Of a DNA stretch of 64,000 nucleotides, positions 50,350-64,000 are shown piece by piece. The DNA is taken from contig NW_026889752.1 in the NCBI RefSeq assembly GCF_033153115.1, forward strand, positions 2,728,001 through 2,792,000, in the 5' to 3' direction. The notes beneath the pieces were generated by a model, which worked only from the letters and a program-made list of their open reading frames with translations, had not been told where the DNA came from and did not search any database. How positions within the stretch are numbered: position 1 is the stretch's first letter; every line of letters begins with the position of its first letter. The stretch comes from Saccostrea echinata. Taxonomy: Eukaryota. The position numbers were made by a program, and so were the translations under genes.

Positions 50350-53300
50350 ATGGAATTTGTAACAACACACCAGCCCGTAGCACTAGGTCAAATAAACACC
50401 CAACCAGAACTTTTAAAGAGAGGCCCAGTTACCATAAGGAATCTCCAAGACACAGAAGAAGATTGTCAGTTTAGTGGCAGATTAATGGTCGAAGCATTTG
50501 AAAGAAAATTTATTCATGCTACTAGCAAAAACAGGTATGGATGAATTGATTTATGAATATGCCTGCTTCATTATAGTAGATCCCAGCATTAAAGTGTTTT
50601 GAACTTTTGTACACAAATATTTTACTGTACAAAATTTAAAATTTTGAAATTAATTTTAAAATTTACAACTGTACATTGTTTTTCTCTTTTCAGCCTTCCT
50701 AAAATACAGGAATTATTTGCAAAAATGTCACGCAGAAGGCCTCCATTATATTATGAAAGAGACTTCATTGCAGAATACAATGGAGAGAGAGCTGGCTCTT
50801 GTGTTCTTCGTTACCATGGAGATAAAGATCTCTTCCCGTAATAATTTTTAGGGTCCTACAGTAAAAATGACCTAATATTTTATTTTTGTTTAACAAGAAA
50901 AGGTCAAACAAAAATGTTTGGCAAATGTTGAAGAAAATGACAGTTGATATTCAAAATTCATCATAATAATATTGTTTATAATATGGAAGACTTGAAATCT
51001 CAGTCACCTTTTAAATCTCAAAATTTGATAAAGGAAAATTATATGTTAGAATGAAACATAGGGGAGAAATGATATTTATTGGTGAAAGATATATACTTTC
51101 TCTCTTTTTGTGATTTTGTATCCTAAATTGTAAATTTAAAATATTTCTTACATTTTTTTCTTTTACAGAGATAGGGATCAAGATATGCCTCCATTAGGAT
51201 GCTCAGATTCTTGTGGGTGAGAATGTACAAATGACTTCTTAATATTTCAGTTTTGTGAAGTTAATTAATGTGTTAAATCCTCTGTATCTGACTTATTTAA
51301 TAAGAGTTTGTTGTATAATTTATTATCATTTGAGATTAGTCATGAATTTTTTTAATGTATTAAACAAGTGTCCTCAGTTGAAACAACAAAGTAAATTTTG
51401 GCACGGATTTGATAAATAACAAATAGTAATTGTAATACATGGAAAAAAAAAGAAAAAAAAGGAATTTTATACTTGTAATCAGGATTCAGTTGGTTAGAAG
51501 ATTTGTTTTTGATACACCTGCAGCAAAATTTACCTATTTCAAAATTTAAATAAATCACTACATAAAATTAATCTGACAAACAAATTAATTGTTTGCATGA
51601 AAAAAATAAGATGACTGATTCCCTATATGAAATCTCATTGCAAAGATCAAAGCTTCTCCAATATAAGTCAAAAATCCCTTCCACCAATCCTTCAGAAATT
51701 ATGATCAAGCTTGAAGTTTTTCAAATGTAGGTCAGACTCAAAGGTCAAGTTCACATACATTTGTACTGAGGAAAGGCTTTGACACAGTGAATATACATTT
51801 AAAAAATGAAAGCACTATTATCAACAAAGTAATAACCAAAGTTTAAGTTTTCAAATGTATGTCAAACTTCAAGGCCAAAGACAAATAGGTACCAGAAAGG
51901 AAGGCATTATCACAAGTTATACAGAAGTGAAATATGAAAGCTGAAACACCAATGGTTGTCAAGTTTAAGGCTTTTAAGTTTTTCAAACTTCTAGGTCAAG
52001 GTATGAAAGTGTTGGAACCCAAGGGATGGTTTTGTTAAAATTAATAAACTTGAGAGAAAAATGACAGCCTAAGCACCAAAAATTCATATTAAGTTGTTGA
52101 CAAGGCTAAAGTTTTCTCAAAAGTACATGTATTTCAAGCACCAAGATCCAAAGTTCAAAAATGTTGGTCAAAGTCAAAGTTAAATATGGTAAAAATTTGC
52201 AAGAATTAGGTCAAACTCCAAGGTCAAATATGTTGATGTCCAAAGAAAAGTTATGTCACAAGGAATCCACATTTGAAATATGAAGGACAAGCTCCAATCA
52301 ATGAAAGTTATTAGCAAAGTTAAATTTTTAGCAGACTGCAAAAAAATTAAAAAAAAAAAAAGGGAAAAAAAACCCAGAAAGACAAAAGGACAGATTAAAA
52401 GCAGTATGCCCATAAATCTTCAAGGGCATGAAAATATAATTTTTATTTTTTGGTGACTTCTTTTTCTTAAAAAAAAACCAACATTTTTTTTAAAATGCAT
52501 TGCAGATGTAATAATTGCTAAAAAAAAATGATACTTAAATTTTCCACTCTTATAGTGACTTAAAAATTTCTGCAGAAGCTATGAAGTTTATGAAAATCAT
52601 AAAATTGGTCTATTTGACCCTGTCCTTCAGAACTGAACATGTATTTTATATTCTTTCCTTTGATTATTATCAGCATAGGGAACATGATTTTTTAACCAAA
52701 AGTTTAGGAAAATATTCAGGACTTTCTGTTGGGTGTCATTTAACTTTCCTTCTATGCTTCACAACCTTCTTATAATAAAACACAGTTTATTATTTATATG
52801 TCATTCATCAATAAAACCATAATTTTAATGTTTGAAATTATTTTAACATATTTGAACAGTTCATTTAAACCAGTGTCACAATTCCTTACCATAACTCCTT
52901 TATTACAATTCTCTTTATAAAGGAATTCCCACCCAAGATTAAGAAATTATACCTTTTCCTAATACAAGTTCCTAAAGTCAAGCAGTGTACTTATAGTACA
53001 CTTTCTTGATATTTTAGGTTGGCATGTCTTAACTGTGCTGTATCAGGTGAGGATATTCCACGAGGAAAATGTTATGTAGATCACATAGGAGTAGATGCCA
53101 GATTTAGAGGGAGAGGAATAGGGAAAGTCTTGTTAGACATGGCTGAAATTGATGCCAAAAGAAGGGGATGTAAGGTAAACATTTCTGTCTTTTAGAAGAT
53201 TTTTCAAGGACTTCTACAGTTGATTGTGGGGAACAGTACCTCATAATATACTGATTTTCGAAAAGTGACCAAATGCCATTCTGAATTTCAAGACTTCTTG

Positions 53301-55421
53301 TCAATGACTGAAAGAATTTTATTCTCTCTAAAGCCTTTTTAGCTTACCTGAGACAAAGGATCAAGTAAGCTTTTCTGATCAAGGAGTGCCTGGCGTCTGT
53401 CTGTCTGTCGTCTATCATCTGTAAACTTTTTGACTTCTCTAGAACTACTGCTCTCTTTCATGGGGAAAAAAATTAAAGAAATAGTGAAAATTTGATGGGT
53501 TCATTTAAAAATTTTCTCAAGAACATCTGGGCCAGAAAAGAAAAAAATGAAACTTATGCTAAAGTTTCCTGACATAGTGTAGATTCAAATCTTGAACCCA
53601 CGGGGGAAAGTTGGGGCCACAATAAGGGATTCAAATCTTAAACCCCGGGGGAAAGTTGGGGCCACAATAAGGGATCAAATTTTATTACATAGAAATATGC
53701 AGAAAAAAGGTTTAAAATTTTTATTCTCAAAAACCACTAGGCAAGAGAAAATGAAACTTATGAAAACTTCCTGACAGAGTGTAGATTCAAATTTGTTCAA
53801 GTCTTGGCCCCCAGGTTTGGGTGGGGCCACAATAGGGGGTTAAAGGATAACACTGGAATACATAGGAAAGAATGTTTATCAATCTTCTTCTTAAAACCAC
53901 TGAACCAGAAAAGATGAACCTTACATGAAAGCTTCCTAATAAAGTGTAGATTCAAAGGAGGGGGATTTACTTCTGCTGGGAAAATATTTTGATTAACCCT
54001 CTGATAAAAAGACCAAGGTGATTCATGTGAGCGTTGTGGCCTATGGGGTCTCTTATTTTTCGAGTTATGTTCAAATTGGATTCACTTTCATTTAACAGGC
54101 TATATATCTTTGGGTAGCAACTAGCAATCGAGCACAGCACCTGTACGAGAGGCAGGGATATGTACTCATGGAACAATACTCATTGTGTGGCTTACTTTGG
54201 TGTCAGACTGGAGAAAAAGTTTGTATCTCTCTTTTTGCTCTTCATACAATGTCAATGGAAAAAGTTCAAAGAGTGTTACCAACATTGTTATTAAGATAGT
54301 GATTGAAAAATATGATATTTAAGAAAATATTACATGATTTGTGCTAGCAAACATTAATGTTGGAAAATAGCCAAATTTATTCTATAGGGCATCCGATTCC
54401 TGATATCTGTACGAATTCAAAGATATTGGATGCATGTGCTGGTTTTCTTAGTCTTTGTTAACGTTTGGGAAGTATTTTCTCCTTCATAAACCAGCATCAT
54501 AAAAAAACACTAATGATTTCATGCATTTTTCAGTAAATGGGCAGCATTATTAGCAAGCAGATAGCACAAACTGCAAGGATAACTGACATAACTAAATGCA
54601 TAAAATACAATCAGCATTACTTATCAGCCAAAACAGCATACTCAGTACTCAATGGTCGATTTTCTTTGTTATGTGTTAAGATATCATTTATTTCATGACA
54701 AATGCAGGGTATTTTATTTGAATATATTTTATTAGAATATGACTTTTTAAATCCAGACAACCTAATAAGAATTCTTTACATTAAGAGTTAGTATGCTTAA
54801 CTTAAAATGATGAAATTCTTTATATCATTTTTCGTCTTGCGCATTCTCCAACATGACTTGCATCTTTGGTATTTCTGATAGCATTGAGTTTTTCAATCCA
54901 GATATTATCAGCATAAAAAAACATGGCATGCATTGCCCAACATTCACTTAACAAATTTACACATTTCATTAACAAAACTTCATAAATTTCTTAAATTATT
55001 TTTAGCTGTAAAATTACATTTTCCCACTTTTCACCAAATTTTGTAGCTTGGTCAATCGTAAAGTTGTTCAACTAAACAATTTTCACTTCTTTAGTCACAG
55101 AGGCTCCTATTTAAGGAAAGATTTAAATTTTGGAAGAATAAATTGTTTGAGTTATTTTTCCTTTAATGCTCGATATGACAAAGGTTAAAAAACATGCAAA
55201 GAATTTTTATTTCGTACTAGAAAAAAAAATGTATGCCCCGAAATTAACATCATGCGTGTAATGGACAATAATTTGGACATGATGTAAAAAATGAATTTAT
55301 AAATCCTGTGAGTGTGACAAAGTTCACTCAGCAGTTTACCTGTGTTTACGAAATTACATTTATTTTACTACTTCATTTCTTTTCTAAGGAATTTGCTCGC
55401 ATGGAAAAGATTCTGATGTGA
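50350..55421 (+). CDS. Cys-rich GNAT-family N-acetyltransferase, paralogue B (228 aa)
   Basis: Exons 50350-50534, 50694-50837, 51169-51216, 53018-53174, 54099-54218 and 55389-55421; sizes 144/48/157/120/33 are identical to paralogue A. YVDHIGVDARFRGRGIGK; IYLWVATSNRAQHLYERQGY. Confidence 0.9.
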
Positions 55422-58275
55422 TGAAAACAATTTTTGCAATCAAGTCAACGTTTAATTGCTGCAGTGCCACAATGTGCAAACTTGACAATCTGTCCCTTTT
55501 TTATCTTTTAAATGCTGTATTCTGTATCCCTTGTCGTTATCTTTATTATATTGTACAACTGGCATAGTTTACAGATAAAAAAAAAACGACTATTTTATAT
55601 TATATATACAATTTTACATGACAAATACCTAAGATAATATTTGTATATGAATCCTTAGCATATTTTTAATTCACCTGATTTTTTTTTCAAAGTTCTAATC
55701 TATGTACAATGTTCTTTATGATGTCATACATATCTGTTGCAGATTGTTATGTGTTTTTTTAGCGTTTTATCGAGGAATTCCAGATCTTTTTGGGGTCTTT
55801 GAAAAATTGATATTTCCCACTTTAAAAACAAAATTACATATCATGAGATATTGTTCAATTTATATTTTATTTTACAAAATTAATCTCTAACAATCTCAGA
55901 GAAAAAAATTATGATTCCAGTGGAGGATTTTTTTTTCAACAAAACCTTTTACCATGTTTACGTAGTATAGACTCACCTACAGTGTATAAAACTGTGTATA
56001 CTTTATTTTTTTAAGCATAATTATTTAAAACTTAACAAAATCATAATATAAAAATAATGTTGGCCAGGAATTTATTTGTGATCTAAATAATTTTTTTCTA
56101 TGTCTATTTACATAATGTCTTATTTTAGTTTTATTCATGAAATAATACACAATGGACCAATCCAGAGACCCCAAAATATGTATCTTTCTGAAATAAGTAC
56201 ACATTTACGTTTCCAGTAGATAAATCGTTTTTCAACACAATTTTTTATCATGTTTACCTAGGTTAGATCCATTTACAATACTGCATATACTCTTTTTATT
56301 TAAGCATATTTACAACTTTGCACAAATTCACATAATGTAGGCCAGGAACTTATTTGCGATCTAAACTTAGTCTGGTCATTTTTTTTCTATGTTTATTTAC
56401 ATAATGTCATATTTTAGTTTTATTCATGAAATAATATACAAAGGATTAATAAGAAACTCCTAAATATGTATCTTCCTGAAATAAGTAGACATTTAAAACG
56501 TCTACTCTGTGAATTGTTTTACCTGTATTTTATCAATTTACATAACTGTATGTTTCATATTTACATGTATAAATTTCATGAGAAATACAACACCAGGGAC
56601 GTTTATACTATAAACGTCCCTGAAAACACGTCCAAATAGAATATTCCCTGTGCAATGTGATAGAATTTTTTTATTTAACCTTTTACACTGATTTTTGAAC
56701 ACTTATAATACATCCCACTGGACATAGATACAATATTGTATCAAGACTGTAAATCAAAGTCCTTAGTTTTAAAAAGAACTGATTTTTTTTCATGAAACTT
56801 CCTTAAGCATCTTTTATTTTATCTTTTAATGCAAAACAGCTACATGTATGTTGTCTTGTGTAGGATTTGAATATTGTTCACCTTATACTTTTTACATTTT
56901 AAACATTTGTATTAATATTTGCATTTGTAAGTTTAAAGAAATGATGTCTATTATTGCATAATTAAAGTTTACTTAACAATTTTGAGATTATTTGTACAGT
57001 TTTTAATCTATGAAGATATTTACCATAACTTTTTAAGTAAACGTGTAACTAAATGATATACTAGTATTTACAGATGTTAGTAATGGCCAAAAGCACTGAA
57101 ACTCAGGGTTATTCTATCAAAACCACATCACAACTTTTGTGACCTCATTATATCAGGATTTCCTACGCTTATTAATCTATAAGAAGAAATATGGAAGTAT
57201 TAAACATGAATAGTTTAGTTATATATTTTTTTTATTGTGAAGTACGCATACATATCAAATAAATGCTCGATCCAGACATAGTAACTGTGGAGAAAATTAT
57301 AAATATACATGTACCGGTTAAATGTTTTAAATGTTTATACTTATATTTTTTTTTGCATGTTCGTGAACTCAAAGTGATATTGAAACATTTTGTACTTCTT
57401 ATTATGAATTATCAATTTGCTTATAAAGCCATACACGCATTATATTAGACATTTATACTTTGTTCAATGATATTCTTTCAAGAAAAATATCTTTAAACAT
57501 ATCTCTGTGTTTTTTAACTGTATGTCTGCGTTGCATAGATTGTCAGCATTTTAATTGGTATCTGGCATTTCTTAACCAAAACACTTGGCAAATTTGTTTA
57601 AATTGTATAATAATTAATGGTATGTATTATTACAAGACAAGGGGGGGGGGGGCATTCAAGGTTATTATTATGGTAGGGTATTGACAAGGAAAATGTTAAT
57701 ATAGACTAATGTTTAAATACCATATAGCAAAATTTTACCTCCAGAAAGTGCTTAATAATGTTTATTCATTGTGTAGCCCTGGAAAGATGATAACAACAGC
57801 GAAGGCTACATTGCAATAGAATTTTCATCTTATAAACTTCCATTTGTCCATTCTGCAGGTTACAAGTTCCGTCCTCTTTTTTAATTTGTCATAGCGAGTA
57901 GATCATTTATTTTACCAGTATATTCATGAAAACGCCTGTCAGTAGGCTTGTGAGACAATGATCCTCCTGATTTGAATATTTGGTATCAATTGTCGCAGCC
58001 AATAGTTACAACTTGTTTTATCTAAGAGTCGTTTGTGAAGTCACAATCACTTCAAATGCGCTGGCGCCCGGTAAATATCGTTTTAAAACCTGGTATGTAT
58101 AGAAACTTATAAAATAAAATGTATTTGTGTAATTTTTTATTGAAATACAGGCTATTTAATAATAATAATTAATGTAATAATAAAAATTAATATCTATTAT
58201 GCATGTAAAAATAAATGTATAGTAAAAGATTTCACACAGCAATAATAAATTTATTTTTAAGTATTTTCAAATATA

Positions 58276-58900
58276 CAGGGTGTCCCAAAATATATGATAC
58301 CATTTGAAATGTCTGCCACAAACACGTCCCTAGGCCAATTTCTTTGATATATGTCTCTAAAAATATTTGAATAAGTACAATTTTTTAGCAACAAAATATT
58401 CCAAAAAAATTCTCACACTTACGAAATTGCAACGTAACAAATTTACATCAAACTTTTGCAAAAAAACTGCAATTTCTATCAAAATGGATTATCAAAAGAG
58501 CTAGTTACCCTCATATTGAAACTGTTATTATCAATCCTAGTCTTAGATTCTGCTGCTAAACCCAAACCAGAATCTTTAAGATATATAAAAGGTTTACCTC
58601 TGATGAAAATCATGGAGTTACTACCGAGACAGGCACTGTTGTCTCAAGTTAAGGAATTTTGTGCAGTGTCTAGACATTATCAATACACAGATAGAACGTC
58701 GTTTAGAGGACATCATTTAAAAACCATAGCATTTTTCAAAGTGAACTCATTTTGTTGTTTTCTTTTTAATGACTGTCAAATTATGTGAATAAAATTGGAC
58801 ATTATATGCAATGTTTATAATGCATTTGATATAATTCAGTATTCATTACATTAGGTTTTACAGAATCTTGAAATGGTATCATATATTCTGGGACAGACTG
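58276..58900. mobile_element. Tc1/mariner-type MITE
   Basis: TA|CAGGGTGTCCCAAAATATATGATACCATTT ... AAATGGTATCATATATTCTGGGACAGACTG|TA. Confidence 0.85.
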
Positions 58901-59934
58901 TACATTTAATTGAGAATTTAATGGGTAAATTTGTAGTCGTCATTGCTACACTGTAGTACACGATACTATTTGATCCTCCATAAATCTGTAATGTTGAGTA
59001 ATGATACATCACTAATTATCATAGTTTACTTGTCATCGATAATATTTTAATTATTTCCCCCTTTTTTTGGTCTTCTCTGGGTTGTATCTGCAAATGTGTT
59101 TCAACAAATTAAAAGTTTTTTTCCTGATACTTATATCACACATGTACAAAACAAAAGACAAATGAATTCTGTGAAAGAAAATACGTCTCTTATTTAAACA
59201 TTCATTTAGTGTATATTATAATGATATATTATCATTATATTAATTTGTTCTTATAAAAATGAATGTCATATTAAGACGGTTATACAGGGCAAATGAATTA
59301 ATTAAGTCACTCAGTCATCACTTCCTTGACCTTTAATCTTGGTATTGTAATCTAAATATGTTTCTAAGACAAAGTATCTCAGACTCTTTGCATGAATAAG
59401 ACTGAAAGGTAGAAGGGATACAATATTTATATTATGTCCGTCCTTGAAGCCTTGAATTTTTATCACCACTCAGACACACGCGTATACTGACCAATGATAC
59501 ATCGATTGCGACGGAATATTCAGCATTATAATATAGTCTATTTATAGTCCTTATATAATCTATAAAAACGCAAAGGATTCATCAAGCTATTCACTGAATT
59601 TGAAGACGTATTCACTGGAGGGTCAGTGTGCATGCAGCGGCGATTTGTGACGTGATAAAAGACACCTCAAACAACATTGTAAATAATGGCTCCAACCGCC
59701 GAAGCGAGCTGTATACTTAACATAAAAAAATGATAGGCAGATCTTTTGTCAGATTATTTTCCAAACATCTCGATGTCTTATACACAACGAAAGGAAAACG
59801 GGGAAGTTATAACTTATCTGATCATTTTAAATCTTCTTTATTTTCGACAGTAGTTCGTTAATGAAAATGGTGTCGTCATGCAGCCTTCAATGTTTTACTT
59901 ACATGTACTCAAATATGGGCTATGTAATTAACCA

Positions 59935-60095
59935 AATATGGACTGTCTCTTTTGATGGTGAATATTGTTTGTTATTCACCAGAAAAAAATATCTATTTTG
60001 ACATCGGCTCCACATCGGTCAATATTGATAATTGTTGTTCATAATTGTGAATTGTAAACCATATTCACCTCCGAAAGAGCCCGTCATTTGATATT
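59935..60095. repeat. Decayed long-hairpin palindromic element
   Basis: CTCTTTTGATGGTGAATATTGTTT ... AAACCATATTCACCTCCGAAAGAG arms around GACATCGGCTCCACATCGGTC. Confidence 0.5.
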
Positions 60096-60619
60096 ATTAC
60101 TACACTGTATTAATAAAAAATGTTCTATAAAAATGTTGTCATTTCGAATACTTATTTAGGAACTGTGAAATTTGATATCTATCAAATAATCCGGAACTCA
60201 AATTTCCACCTATAGTACTTTCAGTAGTTTTGAAAACATTCAATTTCATGTTGTTTTTTTTTCAATATGACATATGATATGGGATGATAAAATTGATGTA
60301 AAGAAATATTTTGCAGCTCATCTTATTCAAAAACATGCATGTAAGTCTTTTTTTCACTGTCAGATTACACAGAAAAATGTGGATTTGAACACAGGGACTT
60401 TCTATGAATAATGAATACTGAGAAAATCTTTAGTGTTTGAATGTATTTTTTTTTTAATTTTTGAAAAAACTTGCTCTTTGCTTTTAAGATAGAAAGGAGA
60501 AAGACTACATTAGATCTCTTCATAATAGTGTTTTATCTGAAGGAAGCAGATTATCCAGTACGTGTAAGGAGACCGATTAAATTTATCAAAGAATTGATGC
60601 TGAATTGGGCCAAAGAAAA

Positions 60620-61681
60620 ATGACATCTGTGACAACACAGCAGCCAATAGCATTCGATGAGAAAGATGCTTGTACAGAGCTTTTAAAGAGTGGCCTAGTT
60701 ACCATATGAAATTTACAAGACAAAGATGATGATTGTAAATTTAGTGGTAGATTACTGGTGGAGGCATTTGAAGGGAAATTTGTTCATGCTACCAGCCGAG
60801 GCAGGTATGGATAGAATGCTATACTCATTGTTCAAGTAGTAAAGATACTCATTTCTGTAAATCATTATCTTTGAGATAGGTTTAGACTACATAAGGGATC
60901 CCAGATGAAGACGAGAAACACATATATTTTAAGTGATACTTGAAAGAATTACATGGTTTTAATTTGGATGCTTAAATTTAGGGGAATGAATCTGTAAATG
61001 TTTTTTTAGGTATTGCCCCTTTAATGTTTGAGACACCATAGAAATCCATCATGCTATAAAATACTCTCTCTTCAAAATCAAAGTTGCATGCACTCTGATA
61101 TAAAATTATGGAAGTGTGTGTGTGTGTGTATTTGCTAGATTTGAGCGTTGATAAAAGGTTTGGTTTGATTTAAGACTTACATGTAGGAGGAGGAACTTGT
61201 GATAATTGTTGATAAGGGCCTTGCACCAAGATGCAGATGCTCTATTATAATAATAATCACTGGATGTGTCTGTAATTGTTCAGCCTTCTGTTTAGTGCTC
61301 TATAACAGTAAATTGATATTTGGGAGAATTTTGTAATCAGTAGTTTCTTACTTGTTCACTGTCTTCATTGTTTCCTTGCTCCAACAATTTTAAGTTGGAC
61401 AATATATATTAACAAGACTCATTATAAATCCAGTCTTTGGTAATATCTTTATAACCACGGTTACAATGCAGGCACACCTTGTTTTTCAGAGGCAGACAAG
61501 ATAATGGTTACTATATGGTAAAATCCATTCCTTTTTTCTGTTACAGAATACCTGATATGAGAGTTTACCAGGCAAATACACAGAGAAGGAGGCCTCCAGA
61601 GTTCTATAAAAGGGAATTCATTGTAGAGTATAATGGAGAAAAGGCAGGCGTCTGTGGTGTACGTTTCCTTGGAGACAACGA

Positions 61682-61737
<56 letters not shown>

Positions 61738-63591
61738 CTTAACATTTCAATTTAACAGAGAAAGGGATGAGGACATGCCCTCCCTTGGATGCAAAGGTTC
61801 ATGTGGGTGAGAGTCTACTTCAAAATGTTACCATGAATTTCCTGTATGAATATTTTAATTAGACCTGTTATAATTAAGGCTTTAAAAATATCAATCTAGG
61901 CAACACATTTATGTGTTATGTTTGAAATATCCCCTTGAATTATGTTCATTTTTTATGTAACTTCAATGCACATGTCTTTATTTGAGTTTTGATACATACC
62001 AAGATTTATTCAAAAGTATTTTCATCAAAGTTTATTCATTGCCTATCTGAATCTGTCGGTCTGTTAACTTTTCAAATTTTCAACTTCTTTTTAAGAACCA
62101 TTGAGCCAATTTCAAAGAAACTTTGTATCTTTAGTATCTTAAGCTTGATTTATTAAAATTTATTTAGCTGAATGGCTTCCAATAAGAGAAAAACAAAAAA
62201 AGCAAAAATAGGTTGATGTCAATTAAAAGTCTTTTCCAGAACCATTGGGCCACAAAATATGAGATGATTTTGTGATATTTTCCTTACATAGCATAGATTC
62301 AAGTTCGTATGAACGTTTGGAGGTGGGGCCACAATAGGGGATCAAAGATTTGCGTGGGATGATTTAGGGAAACATCTTTAAATATCTTTTCTCAAAAACA
62401 GAAAGACCATGATTATTGTCAATAACATGGAAGCATCTTCAAGGAAATAACGTTAAAATTTGTTCAAATTTTAGACCGTATGGATACAGTGTGGTCACCA
62501 AAAAGGAGAGAAAAAAACATAGGGAGAATATTTGCCCAAAAAAAAATGTACAAATCTTTTCAAGGACAGCAGGGAAACAATGTGAATCATATTATTATGC
62601 AACCATTCGAAAATAGTAGAGAATAAAACATTACCTTTGGGGTAAGGTAGAGTTACAAAAAGAAATTGCATTGGAATATATACAAAAGAAATCTTTTAAA
62701 ATCTTCCCAAGAATATCAGGGCCATGGATAGTCAAATAATACGTAAGCATCCCGAGGTAAAGCAGATTCAAGTTTTGTCAAATTATGGCCCGTGTTGAAA
62801 AGCTGGGATCCTCGTGTAGTATGGTTTCATATTTGATTAAGCGACATGTGGCAAGATATGAATAACAAAATGGTATCATTGTGAAGTTATATAGTGAAAA
62901 AATGTTCAGAACAGCGGGACCAAGATGCCTCTATTAAGCACTGTGTCTCTACGCCTCTTTTCTTTCTTTTGTAAATGTTTGTTAATAGTCAAGTTTATCT
63001 CTTAATTACAGTGCTCATTTATTTTCGGTACTTTCAGGTTGTACTGTGTTTTATATGCCATAGAAAACGAGACTATTCCACCAGAAACGTGTCATGTGGA
63101 TCATATAAGTGTAGAAGCCAGATTTAGAGGGAGAGGCATAGGGAAAAGTTTGTTAGACATTGCTGAAATAGATGCCAAAAGGAGGGGATGTAAGGTAAAA
63201 GAAATTGTCTTTAAGACGATATTTATAGGCGTTTTTAACAGTTGATATATGGAGTAAAGTACCTAATCATGTATTCATTTGAAACGATGATTTTCAAATA
63301 CCATAAGAAATTTCAGAACATTTTGCCTGTCACTGAAAAAAGAATCACTGTCTTTGAGAAGAAAAAAAAAAATGAAGCATTGGTATGTTCTCTTTTCCAG
63401 TTATTACAAGTATTTTCCTCATTTTTTTTGTTAAAATTAGCTTTAATATTGTATATCATTTTTGTTTTGAGGCTATATATTTATGGGTAGCAACTAGCAA
63501 CCGGGAACAGCACCTGTACGAGATGCAGGAATATGTGATCATGGAAAAATACTCACTGTGTGGCTTAGTTTGGTGTCAGACTGGAGAAAAA
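60620..63591 (+). pseudogene. GNAT N-acetyltransferase paralogue C, pseudogene (last exon not in window)
   Basis: Exons 60620-60804, 61547-~61690, 61759-61806, 63038-63194 and 63472-63591. TGA at 60707-60709 replaces a conserved Arg. The exon-2 donor is lost, with an (ATCT)13 expansion. Motif B is degraded to NREQHLYEMQEY. Confidence 0.85.
61683..61734 (+). repeat. (ATCT)13 microsatellite
   Basis: Direct reading of the sequence. Confidence 0.95.
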
Positions 63592-64000
63592 GTTTGTATT
63601 TCTCGTTATCCTCTTCAACCGTGTTGGAGTCGTTGTAGATGTACCTATCAGTTTTGACAACATTTAAAAAAATACACAATACTGTAATGACACTCACTGT
63701 ATATTTACTGTAATTTTATTCACTAAAATTATTGACAAAATTGATTGGTAGACTGGCTCAAGTGCTTCGCACATAAAGGGTTTTATGTGGAAACAAGGGC
63801 ATCTAATTCGTTTGCCTTACTTATGCTCCAAAACAGTTGATTTACATGCATTTAACTAATCCTCAATGAGGTTAATTAAGCCCAATGTACACAGTACATA
63901 TTAAAAAGTAAATGAAATAACGGATATGGAAAAATAAATAACATATGTATGTACCTTTCTTAGTAAATAATAATGTTGAAAACCAGAAGAAAACAGTTTC

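Noticed and set aside
55930-56500. Diverged ~290-bp tandem duplication downstream of GNAT B
   Set aside because: AT-rich, with no coding or structural signal; likely a neutral local duplication.
58456-58788. 110-aa ORF
   Set aside because: Lies inside a Tc1-type MITE and has no transposase motifs.
60707-60709. In-frame TGA as selenocysteine or readthrough in GNAT C
   Set aside because: It aligns with Arg, not Cys, in the paralogues, and the gene has other disabling lesions.
61733-61758. TATCCTTAAC...AG as a U12 intron signal in GNAT C
   Set aside because: Explained by the exon end TATCC plus a mutated U2 donor; the paralogues have GTAATA donors.

Overview
Eukaryotic, AT-rich, repeat-dense DNA, most likely from an oyster (Ostreidae), judging by Helentron-type elements carrying the 166-bp Cg170/HindIII-like satellite. 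The ORF track is mostly noise because the real genes are spliced; I rebuilt them by hand from GT-AG sites and codon phase. Left to right: (1) a KIAA2012-like gene on the minus strand, running off the left edge and head-to-head with TMEM258, which has a U12-type minor intron; (2) an apparently intact 5,083-bp Zator DNA transposon (33-bp GGCC TIRs, TAA TSD) encoding an 8-exon, 1,079-aa DD43E transposase with N- and C-terminal extensions; (3) a ~2.35-kb x 2.4 tandem array of a gag-only retroelement-like unit, each copy with its own TATA+Inr promoter, a 56-nt leader exon, an intron, and a second copy of that leader fused to the gag exon; (4) a tandem cluster of three Cys-rich GNAT acetyltransferase paralogues with identical exon structure (two intact, one pseudogene); (5) many MITEs, Helentron/satellite elements, a decayed Harbinger, a SINE, nested insertions and tiny foldbacks. 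Assembly gaps lie at about 33639-33791 and 33963-34090. Family assignments come from recalled motifs, not database searches.
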